A stretch of DNA of 38,407 bases from a virus. Taxonomy: Duplodnaviria; Caudoviricetes. Positions 1 to 8,338 of the stretch are shown here, in pieces. The first letter of the stretch is position 1. Each line of letters begins with the position of its first letter. The stretch is from the IMG/VR virus record IMGVR_UViG_3300022936_000019, positions 1-38,407 of that record, one strand, 5' to 3'. A model generated the notes under the pieces. The model had not been told where the DNA came from. It saw nothing but the letters and a program-made list of their open reading frames with translations, and did not search any database. A program made the translations under genes and the position numbers.

Positions 1-33
1 CACACAGGATCGGTTTAAAAAAACTTTAGGATT

Positions 34-354
34 ATGAAAGAAATAATGAAGCAGGAAGTTAACAGAGTTTTTAAATGCGACGTTAATCATCATAGCAGAT
101 TAAGAACACATGTTTATGGCAGGATAGCTCTTAGTAACTGGTTAAGGTTTAATACTAAAATGACCCTAATGGCTATTGGGGAAGAATTAAAAAAAGGCCA
201 TGACACAATCATACACTACTTAAAAGAGCACGACAATCTTTATAAGTACGATTCAGATTATAGGTTAAAATACGACCAATTAAAACAAAACTCAAATACA
301 ACAAGATGGCTTTGTAACTGGTGTGAATATCCATTAAACTTTAAATCACAGTAA
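34..354 (+). CDS. DnaA domain IV (Bac_DnaA_C)-like helix-turn-helix protein
   Basis: SRLRTHVYGRIAL..LR..T.MTLMAIGEEL.KGHDTIIH matches the DnaA C-terminal pattern (R.r.iv..R..amyL.r..t..sl..IG..f.rdHtTvlh). Confidence 0.7.
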   Translation: MKEIMKQEVNRVFKCDVNHHSRLRTHVYGRIALSNWLRFNTKMTLMAIGEELKKGHDTIIHYLKEHDNLYKYDSDYRLKYDQLKQNSNTTRWLCNWCEYPLNFKSQ

Positions 355-355
355 T

Positions 356-475
356 ATGAACCTATCCGACGCAATAAATGTACTTACTGACCATAAAAAT
401 GGTATTATAGTAGACGCAAAAGAACTTGAAGAAGCTTTAACAATAGCTATCCGATTAATGACACAATTAAATTAA
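356..475 (+). CDS. Small hypothetical protein (39 aa; not in ORF track)
   Basis: ATG 1 nt after the upstream stop; MNLSDAINVL...LMTQLN fills the gap before 481. Confidence 0.6.
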   Translation: MNLSDAINVLTDHKNGIIVDAKELEEALTIAIRLMTQLN

Positions 476-480
476 AAAAT

Positions 481-702
481 ATGAAAACGGCAATAGAACA
501 ACTAATAGACGGCTTGAAAAAAGACGAGATTAATTCACAATACGCAATGGAAAGAGTATCTATTCGAAATTGTATTATTTTTGCTTCTTCTCTTTTAGAA
601 ACCGAAAAACAGCAGATTAAGCGCGCTTTTAACATCGGTGGTACTGAAGCATACGAGCAAAGCTCAGAAGACTACTATAACTCAACCTTCAACAACCAAT
701 AA
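481..702 (+). CDS. Hypothetical phage protein (paralog of 32959..33162)
   Basis: Shares MKT..QLI, KQ.I...FN and E.Y.N.TF with 32959..33162. Confidence 0.8.
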   Translation: MKTAIEQLIDGLKKDEINSQYAMERVSIRNCIIFASSLLETEKQQIKRAFNIGGTEAYEQSSEDYYNSTFNNQ

Positions 703-726
703 ATAGAATTTTAAAAATTAAATGTT

Positions 727-924
727 ATGAGATTCAAAAAAGGATATATTGAAATTTGCAGTCTATATAGAAAAGAATCGCATTCAACATGGCTATGTGA
801 TTTATTAAAATTGTATTACTTAGAAATGTCTTTGTGTTTTGCATTCAGTTTTAATAAATTATATTATGATGGATGGAATTATAGATTAGAATTAGGTATT
901 ATACGTTTTAATTGGGAACAATAA
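727..924 (+). CDS. Hypothetical protein
   Basis: ORF in + strand gene run with A-rich start. Confidence 0.6.
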   Translation: MRFKKGYIEICSLYRKESHSTWLCDLLKLYYLEMSLCFAFSFNKLYYDGWNYRLELGIIRFNWEQ

Positions 925-964
925 CCGCTAAACAAAAGTTAATTAACCTTAAAAAATATAAGGA

Positions 965-1417
965 ATGAAAGAATTTAAAATAGGACAAGAAGTAATTTCT
1001 GCATTTCCAGGAACTGGTAAATCAGAATATATTAGACTAGGTGAAGGCAGTGGATATATGCCACAAGGTTTTGCTTGCGATAGTGATAGTAGTAAATTTG
1101 ACAAATCAGAATTTCCAAAAAACTATATTGAGCATATTAAAAGAAGAATTAATGACGGATATGCTAGAATTTTTATATCAAGTCATAAAGAGGTTAGAGA
1201 AGCATTAGTAAGTAATGAAATAGAATTTACTTTGGTTTATCCGGAAATAGGGCTAAAAGATGAATACTTAAAAAGGTATAAGGAAAGAGGATCTCCACAA
1301 TCATTTATTGATTTAATATCTGAAAAATGGGATTCATGGATAAATGAGCTATCAAACCAAAAAGGATGCAAACATAAGGTTTTAAAATCAAATGAATTTT
1401 TATCTAATGTATGCTAA
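965..1417 (+). CDS. P-loop nucleotide-kinase-like protein
   Basis: N-terminal Walker A variant ISAFPGTGKS, DSDSS motif, LID-like Y.KRYKERG. Confidence 0.7.
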   Translation: MKEFKIGQEVISAFPGTGKSEYIRLGEGSGYMPQGFACDSDSSKFDKSEFPKNYIEHIKRRINDGYARIFISSHKEVREALVSNEIEFTLVYPEIGLKDEYLKRYKERGSPQSFIDLISEKWDSWINELSNQKGCKHKVLKSNEFLSNVC

Positions 1418-1453
1418 TTATCCAACATTTATCCGTACATTTACAAAACAAAC

Positions 1454-1478
1454 AAGCCTAGTTAAAATTAGGCTTTTT
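1454..1478 (+). terminator. Rho-independent terminator
   Basis: AAGCCTAGT-TAAA-ATTAGGCTT followed by TTT. Confidence 0.7.
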
Positions 1479-1481
1479 AAA

Positions 1482-1580
1482 CATCGACTGCACTACCGAT
1501 GGAAAGATATTTACACTTAATGTGTAATCCGAATCGCTTTAATTAAGATAGTAGTGCATCTTTTTTAAGGCGATTTTTTT
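1482..1580 (+). promoter_or_regulatory. Structured 5' leader with kissing-loop pseudoknot and terminator-like 3' stem
   Basis: Hairpin CATCG/CGATG has loop TGCACTAC (1489-1496), complementary to GTAGTGCA (1551-1558) at the apex of AATCGC..GCGATT + T-tract. Confidence 0.7.
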
Positions 1581-1594
1581 ATACAATAAATATT

Positions 1595-1843
1595 ATGAAA
1601 ATACTACAAGAGATTATTATACGTGAAGAATACGTAGATTTTAACGAAAATTTTCCCGGATTCAGAGTTAAGTTTCAGGATAAAATAGATGAATTTGTAA
1701 TAAACACAAATTGTGAATTCGAAATAAATCTAAAAGACGAATTTAAACAAGATGAAAAATTACAGCAGAAAATAATAATATTTATAGGTAAAATTTATCC
1801 TAATATTAAACTTTCTTTCATTCCTGATAATTTACCGTTTTAA
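1595..1843 (+). CDS. Hypothetical protein with SSB-like acidic C-terminal tip (PDNLPF)
   Basis: ORF directly before the helicase; ends DNLPF. Confidence 0.75.
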   Translation: MKILQEIIIREEYVDFNENFPGFRVKFQDKIDEFVINTNCEFEINLKDEFKQDEKLQQKIIIFIGKIYPNIKLSFIPDNLPF

Positions 1844-1845
1844 TT

Positions 1846-3519
1846 ATGAAACCATACCCAGACCAAGAGAAATCTATAAACGAAATAATTACCGAACTTA
1901 AACAAAGAGATCGTTTACTTTATCAGCTTCCAACAGGAGGCGGTAAAACTGCTATATTTTCATTCATAGCAAAACAATGGTATTTAGATACCCAACAAAA
2001 AGCATTAATTGTTGTGCATCGTGATGTATTGGTAAAACAATCTGCTGAAACTTTACGAAAAATAGGCATGACAGTTGAAACGGTTATAGCTAAAAAGAAA
2101 TCATTAAACCACCTCAGCAAAGCTTATGTTGCAATGGTTCAAACACTTAAAAACCGTTTGAAAATTGATTCTGATTTCGTTAAGGATATTGGGCTTATTA
2201 TTTGCGATGAAGCACATTTATTATTATTTGAAGAAGTTTTTTTACATTTCCCAGGAATTAAAGTAATGGCGGTTTCCGGAACTCCTTCATTGAATAAAAA
2301 AGTTTCATTTTGCAAATGCACCCGATGTGGTTCAATTTCAGAAACTATAGATATTTGTTGTGATGTTGAAATGTTCGAATATACACGAAATTTTACTCTA
2401 TCTGAAATATTCGAATACATTATTATAGGCACTCCAATTGCCGAGCTTATAGAAAAAGAACGCTTGATACCACCATTATATTATGATTTTGGTAAAGTGC
2501 ATCATTCTGATTTAAAAATTGACAGCCGGACAAACGATTACGATGATGAAGAATTTTCATCTTCTGGATCTGTTGCAAACGTTTTACTTCAATACGAACA
2601 AATACACAAAGGAGAAAAAACATTAATATTCAATAGTTCTACTAAAACAAATTTGGCGGTTTATAATCAATTTATTGAAGCTGGATATACTAATGTAAAA
2701 TTAATTGATTCGGTTAATGAATGTGATAAGCAGGATGATGTTTTGGAGTGGTTCAAAAATACACCGGACGCAATTTTAATGAACGTGGGAATTCTAACAA
2801 CCGGATTCGACGAACCAAGCTTGCAGGGAATAATCTTAAATAAAGCAACTAAAAGCATTTCATTATATCATCAAATGATTGGAAGAGGGTCAAGAAAATG
2901 CGATACTATATTTAAAGAGTTTTTTAAAGTAACTGATTTAGGAGGTAATATTGAAGCTCATGGAAAATGGCAGGATTTTGTCGATTGGAAAGCACATTTT
3001 TACGGAACAAATGATAAGCCAAGACCAAAGAAAGAGCCTTTAGAAAATGTAATTCAATGTACTGAATGCGGAGAAATACACAGCAAATCTTTACTTCAAT
3101 GCCCGGGATGCGGATTTGAGAAAATAGTATTTCAGCAAAAACAATCAATGAGTAACGCAGTAGCTGTTTTAGTAGATGAATATCCGGTGCCGGATGGTTA
3201 CAAAATAGTAAAATATACTAAAAAAAATCAAAAAGATTTATCATTTGCCTACACTATTTTAATCAATCAAACAGTAGATTTATTTATTTACAGATACGTT
3301 AAAAAATCATCTTATTTGCATAGCTTAGGGAATGGTAAATTTCACGATTCGATAAAAGGAATATTTGCTAAACCAATGAAAACTTTCGCCGTATCATTCG
3401 AAAGAAAAAGTATGAGAAGTTTTGATAATTTACTTAAGAACGTAAAGTCAAAATTAGACATCCATTACAAGTTAACACCTGAAGAAATTAAACCAATTAA
3501 AATAATAACTGAATTATGA
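1846..3519 (+). CDS. Superfamily 2 DEAH helicase (RadD/YejH-like) with zinc ribbons
   Basis: LPTGGGKT, DEAH, SGTP, LTTGFD, QMIGRGSR; CTEC..CPGC. Confidence 0.93.
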   Translation: MKPYPDQEKSINEIITELKQRDRLLYQLPTGGGKTAIFSFIAKQWYLDTQQKALIVVHRDVLVKQSAETLRKIGMTVETVIAKKKSLNHLSKAYVAMVQTLKNRLKIDSDFVKDIGLIICDEAHLLLFEEVFLHFPGIKVMAVSGTPSLNKKVSFCKCTRCGSISETIDICCDVEMFEYTRNFTLSEIFEYIIIGTPIAELIEKERLIPPLYYDFGKVHHSDLKIDSRTNDYDDEEFSSSGSVANVLLQYEQIHKGEKTLIFNSSTKTNLAVYNQFIEAGYTNVKLIDSVNECDKQDDVLEWFKNTPDAILMNVGILTTGFDEPSLQGIILNKATKSISLYHQMIGRGSRKCDTIFKEFFKVTDLGGNIEAHGKWQDFVDWKAHFYGTNDKPRPKKEPLENVIQCTECGEIHSKSLLQCPGCGFEKIVFQQKQSMSNAVAVLVDEYPVPDGYKIVKYTKKNQKDLSFAYTILINQTVDLFIYRYVKKSSYLHSLGNGKFHDSIKGIFAKPMKTFAVSFERKSMRSFDNLLKNVKSKLDIHYKLTPEEIKPIKIITEL

Positions 3520-3941
3520 AACACATTCCAGAAACAGTAGTACAGCAGTCTATTTATATTGATTTCAATAATAAATACTGCTTAAAAAGACACGAACCGC
3601 GCTTAATTATTTATGCTGTAACTAATGGATTTGGCATAAATTTACCAAAAGAAATGCCGGCTTATTGGGTAAAAATTGTTAATAATGAAATATCAAAAAT
3701 TAATCAGCTCCATGTAAAGCTTGGAATGCTTGCAGGGGTTTCTGATTTAAAGATTGAAGGGATGTACGGACGTGTTTTAAGTGTAGAGGTTAAAACAGAA
3801 ACAGGCGTTCAATCCGAAGCACAAATAAAAATGGAAGCACGCGTAAATGAATTGAAAGGTCGCTATATTGTTGTTAGATCATTATTAGATTTTAATTTAC
3901 AAATAAGTGATCATATTGAATGGTTATTAGGAAAAGAATAG
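3516..3941 (+). CDS. VRR-NUC (PD-(D/E)xK) nuclease / Holliday junction resolvase-like
   Basis: G.LAGVSDL..EVKT..G.QSE.Q...YIVVRS. Confidence 0.88.
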   Translation: MKHIPETVVQQSIYIDFNNKYCLKRHEPRLIIYAVTNGFGINLPKEMPAYWVKIVNNEISKINQLHVKLGMLAGVSDLKIEGMYGRVLSVEVKTETGVQSEAQIKMEARVNELKGRYIVVRSLLDFNLQISDHIEWLLGKE

Positions 3942-3953
3942 TTATATTTACAG

Positions 3954-3978
3954 AACCATTCTAATAGAGTGGTTTTTT
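3954..3978 (+). terminator. Rho-independent terminator
   Basis: AACCATTCT-AAT-AGAGTGGTT then TTTT. Confidence 0.6.
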
Positions 3979-3999
3979 AATCTTTAAAATTGTACAGAA

Positions 4000-4155
4000 A
4001 TGAACAAAACAACGACAAAAGTAAAATTATTACTTCAAACAAGAACTTTTGAAGAAGTATCCGAAATTATAGGCATAAGCCGCACAACTCTTTATAAAAG
4101 GCTTCAATTAAATGATTGGAAAGTTTCAGAAATATACTTAATAAAAAATCTATGA
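4000..4155 (+). CDS. Small Cro-like HTH protein (51 aa; not in ORF track)
   Basis: TFEEVSEIIGISRTTLYKRL; ATGA overlap with next gene. Confidence 0.8.
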   Translation: MNKTTTKVKLLLQTRTFEEVSEIIGISRTTLYKRLQLNDWKVSEIYLIKNL

Positions 4156-4649
4156 CAATCGATATAGCACTACACGAACTTTATAATAAAGTTGCAGATG
4201 ATCCTGATTCTACACACGAGCAAATAACAGCCGTAAACACTTTAGTAGATTGGATAAATGGACAAAAAAAATCATACCTTGAAAATCATAAATTATTTGC
4301 TAAGGTTTATATTTTATATTTTGGACAACTATTAAATTATTATCGAGATGTTGAATTTGCGCAAAAGGAATTACATAAGTCTTTGTCTGATTCTGTACCT
4401 CATCATGCTGAATGGTTTAGGATTATATTTAACTCAATAGAATCTGAAAAATTTAATAAATCAATTGGATTATCGAACAAACATAACTTACTTCAAACAT
4501 ATGAAGAAAGAGAAGCAGATTTGAAAATTGTCCAGGCAAATCAATCAGAATTTTTACGACACATAAATAAGTGGGATTCTGATAAAATTATAGAATCTCT
4601 AAACAATCAAATATCAGAAGCTATAAATAAATATTCTCGTTATGATTAA
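4152..4649 (+). CDS. Hypothetical protein in replication module (start moved from 4116 to ATG 4152)
   Basis: ATGA coupling with the upstream HTH gene; overlaps the next gene's start. Confidence 0.75.
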   Translation: MTIDIALHELYNKVADDPDSTHEQITAVNTLVDWINGQKKSYLENHKLFAKVYILYFGQLLNYYRDVEFAQKELHKSLSDSVPHHAEWFRIIFNSIESEKFNKSIGLSNKHNLLQTYEEREADLKIVQANQSEFLRHINKWDSDKIIESLNNQISEAINKYSRYD

Positions 4650-5946
4650 AATACCAAAACTTGTATCGTTAAAAGAAAAAGAAGTTTCAAGTACTGAATT
4701 TCCTATTTCTATATTTCCTAAACCAATACAATCATATTTATTAGAAGCAAATTCAACATTAGATAGCAATATTGATTATATGGGATGCTCATTGCTTTGG
4801 GGTGCATCTGCTGTAGTTGGAAACTCCTGTAATATTGAAGTTAAAAAAGGATGGATTGAATACGCTAATATTTGGGTGGCTTGCGTTGGATCTGCCGGGG
4901 TTGGTAAAACCCCAAGTATATCAATGGCAACACGTCCTTTTGAGCGAATAAATTCGGAATTAATAACGTCATATCCTAGAAAACACAAAGCTTGGCAAGA
5001 TAGTAACGACGATGCGGAAAATGAGCCAAAACCGGAACAATTTATTGTTAATGACATTACAATTGAAGCCTTGGTAAGTTTGCATTCAAAGAATCAAAAT
5101 TGCGTTGCAATGTTCCGGGAAGAGCTAGACGGATGGGTTAAAAACATGAGCCGCTACAGCAATGGTTCAGATTTGCCTTTTTGGCTTTCAACATGGAGCG
5201 GAAAAGCCGTTTCAATGAACAGGAAGTCCGGGGATAGTTACTTAGCCCGTCCTTTTATTCCAATTCTTGGAGGTGTTCAACCTGCAATTCTTGAAAGCTT
5301 CAGTACTGAAGAAAATAAATCAAACGGGTTTCTAGATCGTATTTTATTATGTTGCCCTGAGATAAAAATTGAAATGTATAATTCAAACGAAATGAATCAC
5401 GATGCAATTGTTTACTATGATGACTGGGTCAGAAGCTTTCAAAGAAATATTTCAATTGATATTCGAAAAACAGAAGATGAAGAAATAATTCCAAATACTT
5501 TTAAATTCGATGTCCAAGCAAAAAAAGAATGGGAAAAAGTATACAACGAAATTTCAATAATGCAAAATTCCGATGAAGAAAACGAATACATGAAATCAAT
5601 GTTGCCAAAACAAAAGTCATACATTCCAAGATTCGCATTACTGATTCATTTAATGAATAATTTCGAAAAAATGACAATACCGGAGCTTATAACAAAAGAA
5701 ACAGTCTTAAAAGCTTTTGAATTGAGTAAATATTTTATTAAGCAAGCGCAAAAAGTAAAAGTAAGTGAAAAAGAAACAAAATCAATTCAAGCAATAATAA
5801 CTAAAAACAAAGATTCCGCACCTCGTGATATTTTCTTTTCAATGCTTCAAAAAGGCGAAAAAATAAACTACACAAAAGTTGCTGAATTGCTAAATGTTAC
5901 CAGAGCAACTCTTTACAACTGGAATCAACAATATTCAAAACTGTAA
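4642..5946 (+). CDS. DUF3987/YfjI-family P-loop helicase-like replication protein with C-terminal HTH
   Basis: FPISIFP, GSAGVGKTP, NDITIEAL, REELDGW, GGVQP, NGFLDRIL; C-terminal YTKVAELLNVTRATLYNW. Confidence 0.85.
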   Translation: MIKIPKLVSLKEKEVSSTEFPISIFPKPIQSYLLEANSTLDSNIDYMGCSLLWGASAVVGNSCNIEVKKGWIEYANIWVACVGSAGVGKTPSISMATRPFERINSELITSYPRKHKAWQDSNDDAENEPKPEQFIVNDITIEALVSLHSKNQNCVAMFREELDGWVKNMSRYSNGSDLPFWLSTWSGKAVSMNRKSGDSYLARPFIPILGGVQPAILESFSTEENKSNGFLDRILLCCPEIKIEMYNSNEMNHDAIVYYDDWVRSFQRNISIDIRKTEDEEIIPNTFKFDVQAKKEWEKVYNEISIMQNSDEENEYMKSMLPKQKSYIPRFALLIHLMNNFEKMTIPELITKETVLKAFELSKYFIKQAQKVKVSEKETKSIQAIITKNKDSAPRDIFFSMLQKGEKINYTKVAELLNVTRATLYNWNQQYSKL

Positions 5947-5961
5947 AATTGTATAGTAAAA

Positions 5962-6208
5962 TTTGACACTTTTTTTACACTTTTTAACGTGTTAATGCTT
6001 ATATTCATTACATATTATACATATTATACACTATATTAATATATAAAAATAAATAAATAAAAAATATATTTATAAAAGGTATTTAAAAGGGTTTTTCGAA
6101 AAGTGTCAAATTTTACACTTTTTTAGCTTAAAAACTTATAAATCAATGAATTACAATTTTACACGATTTGACACTTTTTACAGTTGTAAAATGGATTTTA
6201 CACTTTTT
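5962..6208. repeat. Iteron-like array TTT(T/G)ACACTTTTT; putative replication origin
   Basis: Copies at 5962, 5973, 6111, 6167 and 6196, a partial copy at 6157, an inverted copy at 6099-6110; AT-rich spacer; lies right after the DUF3987 gene. Confidence 0.75.
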
Positions 6209-6286
6209 AAATGTATTTATAAATAATAACTTACAACATATTTACTAACCCAACCCAAAAAGTATAATTTTTAAAAATAGAGAGAA

Positions 6287-7006
6287 ATGGAGAAAAACGA
6301 AATAGAAGAAAAACTAAACGAAGCTAATTATAATCGACTTGATCAAATTAGAGCTGAAGTAAAAAAAGAAGAAGGAATAATAAAAGTACTAAACCTTTAC
6401 GCATGCTTAGGAGGTAACAGACTTCTATGGGATAATTGTGAAGTTACAGCGGTTGAATTAGATCCTGAGTTAGCTAGAATGTATCAAGAACGTTTTCCAA
6501 ATGATACGGTTATTATTGCAGATGCACATCAATACCTTTTAGACCACTATAAAGAATTTGATTTCATTTGGTCGAGTCCGCCGTGTCCAAGTCATTCACG
6601 TGCCAGGTATTGGGGTGCAGGTTCTGGAAAAATGGAAGTAATATATCCTGATATGAATTTGTATCAAGAAATAATATTCCTTCAGCATTATTTTAAAGGC
6701 AAATGGGTTGTTGAAAATGTAATACCATTTTACGAGCCATTAATTCAAGGAAAAAAAATAGGCAGGCATATTTTCTGGTCAAATTTTAGAATCCCAAATT
6801 TTAAAAGTGAAGATGCTGATATTAATAGAGGTTTAGTTTCTGATTATGAAAAACTTCATAAAATTGATTTATCATCTTATAAAGGCAATCAAAGAAAAGA
6901 TAAAATTGGAAGGAATTTAGTTCATTATGAAACGGGTAAAATAATTTACGATACAATGTTAGGAATTACACAAGTGTCTAAGGACAATCAAACACTTATG
7001 TTCTAA
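6287..7006 (+). CDS. DNA (cytosine-5) methyltransferase, compact phage type
   Basis: Motif I LNLYACLGG, catalytic SSPPCPSHS, motif VI VENV. Confidence 0.9.
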   Translation: MEKNEIEEKLNEANYNRLDQIRAEVKKEEGIIKVLNLYACLGGNRLLWDNCEVTAVELDPELARMYQERFPNDTVIIADAHQYLLDHYKEFDFIWSSPPCPSHSRARYWGAGSGKMEVIYPDMNLYQEIIFLQHYFKGKWVVENVIPFYEPLIQGKKIGRHIFWSNFRIPNFKSEDADINRGLVSDYEKLHKIDLSSYKGNQRKDKIGRNLVHYETGKIIYDTMLGITQVSKDNQTLMF

Positions 7007-7137
7007 TGCGCCAATACCTAAAATGGTGGACGCTGCTACCATCACCAGAAAAAAGCAAACTAATGTCAAAGTACAACATTCTCAAAATACTTTATTCTGA
7101 CATCAAAATGATTTACGAAAAAGAAAATGTTAAATAA
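7006..7137 (+). CDS. Small hypothetical protein (43 aa; not in ORF track)
   Basis: TAATG overlap with the MTase stop; MRQYLKWWTLLPSPEKSKLM... Confidence 0.6.
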   Translation: MRQYLKWWTLLPSPEKSKLMSKYNILKILYSDIKMIYEKENVK

Positions 7138-7161
7138 ATTTCTAATAACAATATTTATTTA

Positions 7162-7169
7162 TATCTTTG
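7162..7169 (+). promoter_or_regulatory. Bacteroidota -7 promoter element
   Basis: Intergenic TATCTTTG. Confidence 0.65.
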
Positions 7170-7201
7170 AGTAATTAAAAAATAACTAATATAAAAATAT
7201 T

Positions 7202-7426
7202 ATGATAGGAATTAAATGTAAATCAGGACACGTTTTTTGTGCTTGTAACAGCGATTATACAGATGCAGAATGGAGGCTTCAAGAAGCTTATTATAAAGCT
7301 CAAGGATGCACAGTTGAAGAACATGACGAAATAAGGTTTTCAGAAAACGAAGGATGCGTTGATTGTGGATCTTTAGAGCATGAGTTTGAAAAATTAATTG
7401 AACAAATAAAATCAGAACAATTATGA
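7202..7426 (+). CDS. Cys-rich hypothetical protein (possible metal binding)
   Basis: CKSGHVFCAC...CVDC. Confidence 0.7.
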   Translation: MIGIKCKSGHVFCACNSDYTDAEWRLQEAYYKAQGCTVEEHDEIRFSENEGCVDCGSLEHEFEKLIEQIKSEQL

Positions 7427-7710
7427 ACTACGGAAAAGCAATTAAAGAAATTAGAACTATGTTAAAAGATAATCAAGAAGGTTTTTCTTTAAATATAGGC
7501 ATCACTCAGGGTCATTTATCATCTATTGAAAAAGGAAATAAAAACCCAAGCCCAAAAGTATTATCTTCAATATCCGACTATTCAGACATCCCATTGCCTA
7601 TAATCTCATGGATGGCAGTTGAAGAAAAAGACGTTCCTGAAAATAAAAAAGATGCGTTTTTGATACTAAAATCAAATGTAGACAATTTTGTTGCTGATTT
7701 TTTAAACTAA
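7423..7710 (+). CDS. XRE-family HTH transcriptional regulator
   Basis: YGKAIKEIR..NQEGFS..IGITQGHLSSIEKG.KNPS. Confidence 0.9.
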   Translation: MNYGKAIKEIRTMLKDNQEGFSLNIGITQGHLSSIEKGNKNPSPKVLSSISDYSDIPLPIISWMAVEEKDVPENKKDAFLILKSNVDNFVADFLN

Positions 7711-7728
7711 AATAAATGTTAAAATGTA

Positions 7729-7758
7729 TTGCTAAAAGAAATAATATACGTATCTTTG
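7729..7758 (+). promoter_or_regulatory. Consensus Flavobacterium-type promoter TTG-N19-TAnnTTTG
   Basis: TTG 7729-31, TATCTTTG 7751-58. Confidence 0.75.
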
Positions 7759-7800
7759 GTATATAATTGCAACGAAGCAGTTATTTTAAATCAGTTAACC

Positions 7801-8112
7801 ATGATTACAAGAGAAGAGTACGATGAGGCCGAAAGAATTGTTTTGGCGTATCAAAAGCAAATTTTAACAGTTATTGGATCCGTTCAATACGAGCACAAAA
7901 AGTCTAAGCGCCAGGACGATGTAAAAGAAGGTGATTTGGTAGAATGTGTTTTTGTTCACTCGGCAAGCACTAAGCATCTGACAAAAGGTAAAAATTATCC
8001 AGTTTTAAGGACTGAGCAGTTTTACAGCGACGGAGGAAGATTTGAAATTGAAACGGATTCAGGAAAAAAGAAATGGTACTACACTACAAATAAACATTTC
8101 AAAGTAATTTAA
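7801..8112 (+). CDS. Hypothetical protein, possible SH3/KOW-like domain (start moved to ATG 7801)
   Basis: The track's TTG start lies inside a promoter; VKEGDLVECV..LTKGKNYPV beta pattern. Confidence 0.7.
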   Translation: MITREEYDEAERIVLAYQKQILTVIGSVQYEHKKSKRQDDVKEGDLVECVFVHSASTKHLTKGKNYPVLRTEQFYSDGGRFEIETDSGKKKWYYTTNKHFKVI

Positions 8113-8155
8113 TCACTAAATAGCCCGCGTAAAAACGGGCTTATTAAAAAATAAA

Positions 8156-8338
8156 ATGAAAGAGTTTAAAGGTTTTAAAGGAAGAATCCCACACGATGAT
8201 CAGGTTTTAATAATCAATCATTTCAAGAACAAAAGCAACAATACAATTGCTGATTTAATGGCTGAATTCGGTTATTCTTTTCATCAAATAAATTATATTT
8301 TAGATCAGTATTTAAGTTTAAAAACTTCTGAAAAATGA
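8156..8338 (+). CDS. Small HTH-like protein
   Basis: NTIADLMAEFGYSFHQINYILDQY. Confidence 0.7.
   Translation: MKEFKGFKGRIPHDDQVLIINHFKNKSNNTIADLMAEFGYSFHQINYILDQYLSLKTSEK

Noticed and set aside
5962-6208. Repeat array considered as a possible mini-CRISPR
   Set aside because: Repeats are ~13 bp, irregularly spaced, in both orientations, with no spacers or cas genes
8122-8141. GC-rich hairpin AGCCCG..CGGGCT
   Set aside because: No U-tract and no second copy found; function cannot be supported
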